Shown piece after piece: positions 56,079 to 64,000 of a DNA stretch of 64,000 nucleotides (position 1 is its first letter; each line of letters begins with the position of its first letter). Made by a program: the position numbers and the translations under genes. The notes under the pieces are model-generated. The model did no database searches, was not told the origin of the DNA, and saw only the letters and a program-made list of their open reading frames with translations. This stretch comes from a virus (taxonomy: Duplodnaviria > Caudoviricetes): positions 1-64,000 of IMG/VR virus record IMGVR_UViG_3300032038_000016. The stretch is one strand, 5' to 3'.

Positions 56079-57281
56079 GTGATCCATATGTACATTATGG
56101 AACAAGAACTCACCGAATATGACATCATGTCATGGTTTCAAGAAGCAGTGGCAGATCCAGATTCTCCATTACGGAAAAAGATTATTGATCCGATTGTGCA
56201 GGTGTTAGAAACACCTGCTGGTCGGAAAGAATATATTAAATATGGAACCGAGTTTCTTGATTCTAATGCGGAAATGTTGGCAAAAGAATTCCCAACAAAA
56301 CGTGTATCTTATCCAAGAATGTATGTTGATCGAATATTGGATTTGTTTGGTTTCACCAGTCAACAATTGAAAGCTGATTTTAAAGAATTGGCAAAAGAGG
56401 TTAATGATAAAACGGATTTCAAAACATTAACATCCACGCCAACAAACATCATTCATGCGATTGCATTATTTTATTCCGATGCAGTACAGCATGCACAATT
56501 ACGTGAATCAGCAAAACAACAACTTGGTTTAACCACATACGGTTTGGTGTTCAATCACCAATTTCCAGATGCAGAACCGGATGTTGCGACGATGACGTAT
56601 ACTTACATGCATTTGGACAATTCATGGGGATTGGTTAAGAGTGAGAATGTTATGAATTGGATCGGTCAAACAACCGAAACATCATTCGCATTTTGGAGAT
56701 CAAAATTATCATTGAATATGAGTACGAAAACACTGATTGATTTCTTGAATCGTGTTCGTTCATCATTCCAACAGAATATGCGTACATTAGCCCGTCGCTA
56801 TTATCAAGATATTGCTGATAAGAATCGTGTTGGTGATGATTTAATTGGTGATGAAGATCATGTTGCAACATCAAATACTACAACATTACGAAACAATCTT
56901 GTTCGTTTAATTACAACAGGTGATCGTGATTATAAGACAAAAAGCAACTTGTATAAAGCTACCGCAGAGCAAAAGAATGTTCGTGTGGATGATTTATATG
57001 AATTGGCACAACGTGTTGAAACAAAAGATATTGCGAACATTATTGATTTAATCTTTTATGTGTTTATTGTAAAAGAAAATCATACCGTTGATGAGATCAA
57101 TACATCAGCATATATTTCTAGAATCACCAAAATGCCAACTGCGATTGATCGTGCAATTGCGGGGAAACCTGTGATTGATCCATTTGTGAAAAAATATAAA
57201 TGTACCGATTTATTGGCAAAGGCATACATTTGCTTATTAGCAACATTTATCATTATGAAAATTAATCAAGTGAAGAAGTGA
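56079..57281 (+). CDS. Hypothetical (probably virion) protein
   Basis: 400 aa in the head operon; FQE|A near the N-terminus. Confidence 0.7.
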   Translation: MIHMYIMEQELTEYDIMSWFQEAVADPDSPLRKKIIDPIVQVLETPAGRKEYIKYGTEFLDSNAEMLAKEFPTKRVSYPRMYVDRILDLFGFTSQQLKADFKELAKEVNDKTDFKTLTSTPTNIIHAIALFYSDAVQHAQLRESAKQQLGLTTYGLVFNHQFPDAEPDVATMTYTYMHLDNSWGLVKSENVMNWIGQTTETSFAFWRSKLSLNMSTKTLIDFLNRVRSSFQQNMRTLARRYYQDIADKNRVGDDLIGDEDHVATSNTTTLRNNLVRLITTGDRDYKTKSNLYKATAEQKNVRVDDLYELAQRVETKDIANIIDLIFYVFIVKENHTVDEINTSAYISRITKMPTAIDRAIAGKPVIDPFVKKYKCTDLLAKAYICLLATFIIMKINQVKK

Positions 57282-57282
57282 G

Positions 57283-58395
57283 GTGACGACGATGATTGAT
57301 GATACAGTGTTTAAATCCGAAATAAATGTTTTACTAAAAATGGGTGAATACTATAGTAAGCAAATTGTTATGGAATCCGAATTAGTTACACCTGTCCCAA
57401 CATCGGTAGATTCTGTTTCAAAGTGGAATCAATTCGTCAATTGGGTGACGAGATGTATTAAAACAATTCTTGCTAAGATTAGTAAAAAACGACTGGAGAA
57501 ACAAATTAATGATTTGACGTCGAAAAGTTTAAATGGTAAAGAATATCGTATCGATGCATCAACACTTCGAACACTTAATAATTTGATTGGCATTGGTGGA
57601 CGAATGCATGTGAATCCATACGGATATCAATATGATTTCAAGAATCCATCATTTGATAAAAATGATGGGAAATTGTATCAACAACGTGCGGATTATTTAA
57701 CACAACATCGTTTCAAACCAATCGAAAGGTCTGGAACACTTCGAACATTATCTGCTGACGAACTTCGAAAATATCTTGATGCTATTAAAGATAATAGCAT
57801 CAAAATTGCCAATCGACTTGTTGGAATTCAATCACATATCGATGAAACAAAAAAGCAATTATCTGATGAAGATCGTAAGAATGAGGCATTCCAGCAATAT
57901 GTTAGAATGTTGACATTTGAATTATCCAATGATTTAAAGATTGTACAATTTATCAATGGCTTTTTGGATGCTGCAAAATTATTTTCCAAAAAGGCATCAG
58001 ATGATGGTGTGATCGAAATTGATGGTAATGAATCCACAGAAGATGATAATAAAACAACTGATGACACCAATAATGATGCATCATCAAAATCAGATAATTC
58101 ATTTCCGCCAAAAATAAAATATGAAATTAAGAATGCAATTGTGAAAAAAGCAGTTGACGGATTTGTATTTAAAAAGCATACAAAATGTGAAGCTGTTTAT
58201 GCAAAATTACAATCTGATGGAGACACGCTACTTGTTCAATATGATTTAAACGAGGGAACTGATAATGATCTTCATGAGTATCGATTCTCTGTTAATAAAT
58301 ATAAAAATGAATTCCCATGGAGTATGGTATTAAAAGCCATGGGAATTGATAAAGTAATGAAACAAATCAAGGGTGGCGTTGTTATTAGACGATAG
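57283..58395 (+). CDS. Putative internal head protein with leader motif (paralogue of 59635)
   Basis: IDDTVFKSEINVLLKMGEYYSKQ; VSKWNQFVNWVTR and LSDEDRKNEAFQQYV shared with 59635. Confidence 0.7.
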   Translation: MTTMIDDTVFKSEINVLLKMGEYYSKQIVMESELVTPVPTSVDSVSKWNQFVNWVTRCIKTILAKISKKRLEKQINDLTSKSLNGKEYRIDASTLRTLNNLIGIGGRMHVNPYGYQYDFKNPSFDKNDGKLYQQRADYLTQHRFKPIERSGTLRTLSADELRKYLDAIKDNSIKIANRLVGIQSHIDETKKQLSDEDRKNEAFQQYVRMLTFELSNDLKIVQFINGFLDAAKLFSKKASDDGVIEIDGNESTEDDNKTTDDTNNDASSKSDNSFPPKIKYEIKNAIVKKAVDGFVFKKHTKCEAVYAKLQSDGDTLLVQYDLNEGTDNDLHEYRFSVNKYKNEFPWSMVLKAMGIDKVMKQIKGGVVIRR

Positions 58396-58412
58396 AAAGG
58401 AGTGATTCATAA

Positions 58413-59615
58413 ATGGATATTATGATATTAGAATATATCGATGATATTGAACATGGTTCTTTGATCAGCGAATATGAAGTAATTCAATCATTATGTGATT
58501 CATATATCAAGCAGATCCATATGAATCAATTTGTTTTGGAAGACGGAGAATCCAAACCAGATGATGGTAAAAAGAAAGATTCCGATAAAGGAAGTACAAG
58601 TAAGCCACCGTCATTCTTAGAAAAAGCAATTAATTTTGTAAAAAGACTTATAGTGAAAATAAGAACAATGATTGGTATGAAACGAGTTGGTGCTTTTCAA
58701 AATATTTACAAAAGAAATTGGGATATGTTTGAAAATAAATATCAAGAGACAATGTATAAAAATATTGATAACCTTGTCTATGTCAAGAGAAAAGAGATAG
58801 TGCATGATGATGGTGTTGAGAAAGAATTAGAATATGATACCGCTGTATATCCAATAAAAGATATCATCGCCATCAAACCAAAATGGATAGAAAATATATA
58901 TAATACACTTGATTCATTTATTAATAACTGCAGTAAATCATTATCCGCTGGAGAAGCAAGTTCATCAAGATTATTATTAACATATTATCATGATATTAAA
59001 TATGATACTCTTGTGAAAAAAATTGAAAGTTACGAATCTAAGATTAATGAAAAATATGAAGAACTTGGTAAACTTGAAAAAGATATGCGTGATAATAGTG
59101 AAAATCCAGAAGTATTGGTTCCGAGATATAAATCTATTCTGGAAAAAATAAACATGCCTGATGCGATAGAGCAAAAGACTAATGAAGAACATGTGTTCGG
59201 TGTTTTTTTTGCTAGAGAGGGTAGCAAACATTTTTCAAAAATAAGGATGATGTATTATTATATCAATGATGCAGAAAAAAGTATAAAAGATGCAAAAGCC
59301 GTAGAAAAACTTTATGGTGAAGAAAAAAATAATGACAACTTATCATTTTTTGCAAAATACATAACAAAATTTATGATTCTCATGCATAAATTTACATTAA
59401 TATTCGTTAAAGTTTTATCAGTATCAGCTTTAGAATTAAAGCATTTATGTAGAAAAATAGGAATAAAGGATATTGGTAAAATAAATACATTTTATGATCC
59501 AAACACACTTGAGGATCATCAATCAAAATATACCGTGGATGACACATACCATACCACTAGAAAAGATCTAAAATCACAAAATGTTAGCAAAAATGAAATC
59601 AGAGCATTCACATAA
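58413..59615 (+). CDS. Putative internal head protein with leader motif
   Basis: IEHGSLISEYEVIQSLCDSYIKQ...VLE|DG. Confidence 0.7.
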   Translation: MDIMILEYIDDIEHGSLISEYEVIQSLCDSYIKQIHMNQFVLEDGESKPDDGKKKDSDKGSTSKPPSFLEKAINFVKRLIVKIRTMIGMKRVGAFQNIYKRNWDMFENKYQETMYKNIDNLVYVKRKEIVHDDGVEKELEYDTAVYPIKDIIAIKPKWIENIYNTLDSFINNCSKSLSAGEASSSRLLLTYYHDIKYDTLVKKIESYESKINEKYEELGKLEKDMRDNSENPEVLVPRYKSILEKINMPDAIEQKTNEEHVFGVFFAREGSKHFSKIRMMYYYINDAEKSIKDAKAVEKLYGEEKNNDNLSFFAKYITKFMILMHKFTLIFVKVLSVSALELKHLCRKIGIKDIGKINTFYDPNTLEDHQSKYTVDDTYHTTRKDLKSQNVSKNEIRAFT

Positions 59616-59634
59616 ATAAAAAGGATGATGAAAC

Positions 59635-60735
59635 ATGAATTATTTGGACATACTTGATTGCCAAACATACGTTTCTGAAGCTGACGTATACATCTCACAA
59701 ATTGAATTGTTACAGAAGCAACTCATCATGGAGCAAGAAACTTCTGATGAAGAGTCTAAACCCCAGAACAGTGATAACCAATCAACAGACATTGGAACAG
59801 CTCCAGATCCAGTTAGTAAATGGCAACAATTTGTCAATTGGATTACTCGTTTGATTATGAAATTACGAACCTTCTTTTTGAGTAAAAAGGTTGAAAAGAG
59901 AATTGGTAAACTTAAAGATGCTCATAGATATTTATCAGACAATGATAAAGACACATATACTGTTCCAGCATATGTAGAGGTGTATTGGAAAGCTGTTAGT
60001 GAAATAATATGGTTGGATGAATTTAGTGTATCAAAGGGAAAAGAATATCAAAAGCATGCAGCTAAAGTCGAAAAAGATATGGCTTTTGTAAAAAAATACA
60101 GCAGTATTCTCACAGGAGAAAACGATAAGACAATTAATATTAATAAACGACAATTCGCACTTGCGCTTACGAATATTGAAAAATTATTCAATAATGCTAA
60201 GGAATATATCAGTAAAGCAAATTCTTCTATTAAATCATTAAAAGGGTCATTATCTGAAGAAGATCGCAAAAGTCCAGCATTTCAGCAATATGTAAATTGC
60301 TTAACAAAAGGCATCCAAATGTATTTCTATTATATGAAATTCATTAATAAAACATTACTTTGGATCATGGACGATGAAAATATTTTCACAGCAACTCTTG
60401 ATGGAAAATATTCACATGATGCAGGTGGTGGAATCTCTGGACTGTATGACGCTGTTGCAATCTCTGCGATTAAAGCGAAAATCTCTCGTGAACAGGTCAA
60501 ATCATACAAAACAATTTATGTGTTCTTGAAGGATAATGACATGCTTGTTGCATTTTCAAATGCAAAAGATGCAAATGATACCGACAATATGAAAGTTGTT
60601 AATTTAACACTTGCCTCTCATTATGATTATAACACATTACCGGATCAGGCAATTAAGCAATTGAAAAACCGTGATATTTTTGCTCTTGATAGTGATAAAG
60701 ATCGAGAGAAAATTATTAGCAGAATGCCGAAATAA
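59635..60735 (+). CDS. Putative internal head protein with leader motif (paralogue of 57283)
   Basis: LDCQTYVSEADVYISQIELLQKQ; VSKWQQFVNWITR, LSEEDRKSPAFQQYV. Confidence 0.7.
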   Translation: MNYLDILDCQTYVSEADVYISQIELLQKQLIMEQETSDEESKPQNSDNQSTDIGTAPDPVSKWQQFVNWITRLIMKLRTFFLSKKVEKRIGKLKDAHRYLSDNDKDTYTVPAYVEVYWKAVSEIIWLDEFSVSKGKEYQKHAAKVEKDMAFVKKYSSILTGENDKTININKRQFALALTNIEKLFNNAKEYISKANSSIKSLKGSLSEEDRKSPAFQQYVNCLTKGIQMYFYYMKFINKTLLWIMDDENIFTATLDGKYSHDAGGGISGLYDAVAISAIKAKISREQVKSYKTIYVFLKDNDMLVAFSNAKDANDTDNMKVVNLTLASHYDYNTLPDQAIKQLKNRDIFALDSDKDREKIISRMPK

Positions 60736-60757
60736 CATAGAACAGGAGTTGATTAAG

Positions 60758-61600
60758 ATGAAATCTACTCAAACTGGTGCAACAAAATACAACACGGCTT
60801 GTTTTATTCAAGAAGCACCACAATCATCAGAAATGAGCCATAATGGTTTTGAAGTGAAGAAGTCATCAACAGGACAACCTTTCTGTATCTTCGAAGCAAC
60901 ACTTCAAACATTCAATTGTTACAATAGAATGGGTCGTCGTTATGATGCTCAAAATGTATGCTCTGTGATTGATAACGATGAGCGTATTCAAACATTATTA
61001 AGGCAGAATAAATGGAGAGGAGAATTAAATCATCCCAATCCAGATATCAAGGGTCAACAATATTCCGATATTCGTATGACCATTCCAGAACCGTTAAACT
61101 CTTCGCACTTTATTTCTCACAACCGTCTCGAAGGAGATAAGTACAAAGGAAGAATCACAACACATCCCGGCACAAAAGCCGGTATTTGTGCATCATCCGA
61201 AGTAATCGATTTGGGAATTGTTCCATCATTCTCCGTTCGTTTATTGGGCAATATGATTCCGGGTGCTCCTCATAATCAACCCAACATGAGAGTGACAAAA
61301 GTCATCACATGGGATATGGTAGACTTCCCATCCCATCGTGGTGCAGATGCAGATATTGATGCAAAGATCATGGAATCCGCAGATGTGTTTTTCTTAAAAG
61401 AATTGGCAAATTATTGTGCTGAAGAATCGGAAACATTGTCAGTTGTTTGTGAGTCATTCCAGATTTCTCCAGATGAAATTACAGGAATTAAGAATGGTAA
61501 TATTGTGGTTGAACAAGTAGATTCTTCTAAGATATTCATTCCTCTCCCTAATGATATTCGTAGAGAAGCAATGTCTATTTTGAGAGAAAGGAATTGGTAA
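60758..61600 (+). CDS. Prohead maturation protease (T4 gp21/phiKZ gp175-like)
   Basis: NRMGRRY, GELNHP (His), PSFSVR (Ser), ITWDMVDFPSH (Asp); IQE|A and IME|S possible self-cleavage sites. Confidence 0.85.
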   Translation: MKSTQTGATKYNTACFIQEAPQSSEMSHNGFEVKKSSTGQPFCIFEATLQTFNCYNRMGRRYDAQNVCSVIDNDERIQTLLRQNKWRGELNHPNPDIKGQQYSDIRMTIPEPLNSSHFISHNRLEGDKYKGRITTHPGTKAGICASSEVIDLGIVPSFSVRLLGNMIPGAPHNQPNMRVTKVITWDMVDFPSHRGADADIDAKIMESADVFFLKELANYCAEESETLSVVCESFQISPDEITGIKNGNIVVEQVDSSKIFIPLPNDIRREAMSILRERNW

Positions 61601-61603
61601 TTT

Positions 61604-64000
61604 ATGAAGAAGATTGAGTTTAAAGTTGATCCAGTATACTTTGAGAATATTGAAAAAGCGATTACTTCATTAAACGATTTCTTCAAATCCAATTTTAAAC
61701 AAAAGAATTTTCCCATTGATGATGACGATGATGATATGGAGCTTGAACCTTGTTTGAGCTCCATCATTCGTTGGATTAATTATGTTGATCCATCATGGAT
61801 TGATAATACTTCCAAAATGGAAGAAACGTTAGACAATATCCACGATCGTGCCGGAAAAATGGGAAAGTATGATGATTCATTTGCGGATGGATCTGATCGT
61901 GATACAGATGAAGATGCAAATATCAATGATTTAAATGCATATATTGGATTCCAAGTATTGCAATATATTACAAAGAATCAAAAAGAATTTGGTAGTTTAC
62001 TGGAAGGAATTCATACATTGGAATTATTCTTCAATCCATCAAAATACAAAGACGCATTGAATACATTTACACAACCAATTGAATTATCCGATGTTGCTGA
62101 TTCATTGGGTGATGATGTATATACAGTATTCGATATCAAAACATATGTCAATGGTATTTTCCATTCTTCGGAAATTGAAATTCCATCTGGGATGAATCAA
62201 CAGAAGGAAATACAACGTATTGAAAATCGTATTGATATTCCGGATTATGAAATTATTACAACAGATGAAGATGATGAGACATACCAAGAACAAGCAGAAA
62301 TTAATTTCTTCTCCATGGTAAATCCAAACCATATTCGATATCATCAGAATCGTTTCCAACCTTCGCAACAATTTGTGAAAGTCATTAAGCAATTAATTAC
62401 TGGATTACGGAAATGCAATACACCGGAAGATGTTCGTAATTATTTGAATGACAAAAATAATCACGTGAATCCGGATGATTATACATCAATGGTATTACCA
62501 TCGATCTTAGCACGTGTATTTGCTGATAAGAAAATGTTTGAGAATCGATTGTTTGATGAAAAGAATCTGAAGAAGTATACAGACTCATATGATTCAATTA
62601 TGAAACAGAATGACGGAGCAAAACGTTTTAAAGATTATGATTTATTATCCACTTTCAAATCAGATAAAGATGGAACGATTCAATTCTTGGAAGACTTTCT
62701 TTCATTACGATTGGTTTCTGATCAAAATGCTGCAATTACGAATCATACATTGTTGGTGATTTTCAATATCTTCGATTCTCGAATCTATTTGGATATTCTG
62801 TATAATATATTACCCCAATCCGAAAAGAAGGGTGAATATGAAACTGAAGATGGTTTTGTAAAAGCTGTTCGTGCAAGAATCAATGAGAATTCTAAGAAAG
62901 CAACGCCATATTCTAATGATAAACCAATTGATCAAGCAGCTGATAAAACCGTCAAGACATCACAAGAAATCACGGAATACGTTTCATTATTATTCAAATC
63001 TATGGGTGATATTTCATTGGAAGAACTTCCATATTATGAAAACTTAATCACAGAAGCTGTACATATGGAGATTAACACAATTGGTGATAAAGCATATAAT
63101 GTTGGAGTATCTGAATCTGATATTGAACATTATATCGGTGAAGCAGCATTAGCTCCTTATAAGAAAAAGAATTTTGCCATCTCAGGAAAAGTCCCCACAT
63201 ATATGCAAGATCGTATTGATGGATATGGTGATGACAAGCCACAAACATCTGTTGAGGATGTGGATTTGCCAGAGGGAGTTCCCACAAATGATATTGGTGA
63301 CTTAATTGATTCTATTGATGAACGTGTGGATACTGTCGAAGATAATGAAGAAAAAGATCCAGATTTGTCATATGGATTTGGTAATGATGCTGATGTAACA
63401 CCAACCGATTCTAATGATAAGAAACAAGATGGACATGTTGTTTACAACATCACATACAACTATCACAATTCCAACAATACAACGACAACAACAGACTCAC
63501 ATAATACGACAACCACAACAAGAACAACGAGAGATTCTCATGATAAACATGATTCCCATAATATCCATGCAAGATACGATAATGATTTTTCTGTTAATAA
63601 AACATCTGGTGGAGAAGCAAAGAACACTTATAATCCACAAAAGAAGACCAAAGCTAAAGTAAGGTCAAACAATTATAATAATGACACATCTTCCTTGAAT
63701 ACCAAGGATGATACTAGAGATACACCAGAATCAGATACCAACTTTTCCACCGGTAAATCTGTTCAAGAAGTATTTGCTATGTTACAATCCAAAGAGCCCC
63801 TATTTAATGAGGGTGCGTCAGAAATTGCTGGTTCTATGATTGGTTCATTTGGTGCAGACATGGGTCTGCTACCAGATACAAATCCTGAACCGAAAGTTCC
63901 ACTTAATGTGAGACTTCAAGATGTTGATCGAAAGATGCTTGGAAAGCAAGAAGAAATGCGTAAAAATTTACAAGCAGTCGATCATACTGTGAGAGCTGCG
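61604..64000 (+). CDS. Large head-associated protein, partial (runs off the window)
   Basis: ATG at 61604 after the protease; the frame was open wherever spot-checked up to 64000 (up to 799 codons); acidic with YQE/ITE sites. Confidence 0.8.
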   Translation, partial: MKKIEFKVDPVYFENIEKAITSLNDFFKSNFKQKNFPIDDDDDDMELEPCLSSIIRWINYVDPSWIDNTSKMEETLDNIHDRAGKMGKYDDSFADGSDRDTDEDANINDLNAYIGFQVLQYITKNQKEFGSLLEGIHTLELFFNPSKYKDALNTFTQPIELSDVADSLGDDVYTVFDIKTYVNGIFHSSEIEIPSGMNQQKEIQRIENRIDIPDYEIITTDEDDETYQEQAEINFFSMVNPNHIRYHQNRFQPSQQFVKVIKQLITGLRKCNTPEDVRNYLNDKNNHVNPDDYTSMVLPSILARVFADKKMFENRLFDEKNLKKYTDSYDSIMKQNDGAKRFKDYDLLSTFKSDKDGTIQFLEDFLSLRLVSDQNAAITNHTLLVIFNIFDSRIYLDILYNILPQSEKKGEYETEDGFVKAVRARINENSKKATPYSNDKPIDQAADKTVKTSQEITEYVSLLFKSMGDISLEELPYYENLITEAVHMEINTIGDKAYNVGVSESDIEHYIGEAALAPYKKKNFAISGKVPTYMQDRIDGYGDDKPQTSVEDVDLPEGVPTNDIGDLIDSIDERVDTVEDNEEKDPDLSYGFGNDADVTPTDSNDKKQDGHVVYNITYNYHNSNNTTTTTDSHNTTTTTRTTRDSHDKHDSHNIHARYDNDFSVNKTSGGEAKNTYNPQKKTKAKVRSNNYNNDTSSLNTKDDTRDTPESDTNFSTGKSVQEVFAMLQSKEPLFNEGASEIAGSMIGSFGADMGLLPDTNPEPKVPLNVRLQDVDRKMLGKQEEMRKNLQAVDHTVRAA

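Noticed and set aside
1-64000. Stop-codon reassignment
   Set aside because: Code 11 gives dense full-length genes, and TAA, TGA and TAG all end genes at sensible positions. Read-through of the helicase TAA would not restore the frame.
1-64000. Phage nucleus (chimallin/PhuZ), major capsid, terminase
   Set aside because: No recognisable motifs in this window; nothing can be concluded about the rest of the genome.

Overview
This AT-rich, gene-dense 64 kb window comes from a jumbo phage of the phiKZ/AR9-type lineage. It carries split multisubunit RNA polymerase beta and beta-prime pieces, a split family-B DNA polymerase, a prohead protease, a gp25-like baseplate protein and a type II topoisomerase A subunit. 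The host is probably an anaerobic Firmicute (BspA-type LRRs, GH25 endolysin, NrdD-like glycyl-radical peptide, strong AGGAGG RBSs). Layout: 0-7 kb virion/receptor genes; 7-24.4 kb RNAP, nucleotide metabolism, holin and replication genes; 24.5-34 kb early accessory operons around an endolysin; 34-37.7 kb tail appendage genes; 37.7-64 kb head/inner-body proteins. The strongest unexpected signals are five. (1) An ungapped 23-residue leader motif is shared by ten otherwise dissimilar proteins, usually followed by a Phi-x-E putative maturation site. It looks like a capsid-loading address tag, and two of its cargoes are protein-kinase-like enzymes in an operon with a zincin and a double permuted-papain protein, suggesting a virion-injected effector arsenal. 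(2) An otherwise intact SF2 helicase has its Walker A motif (PGFG|KT) interrupted by an exact 8-nt insert starting with TAA. (3) There are structured non-coding RNAs: a duplicated 107-bp promoter+leader, an RNA with repeated AUCACGA loops, and a hairpin capped by an initiator-tRNA anticodon arm. (4) Eight perfect GC-rich palindromes are all centred on a TA step. (5) Two early operons share a cassette-like frame. All calls are by eye from the sequence and ORF track; no database searches were run.
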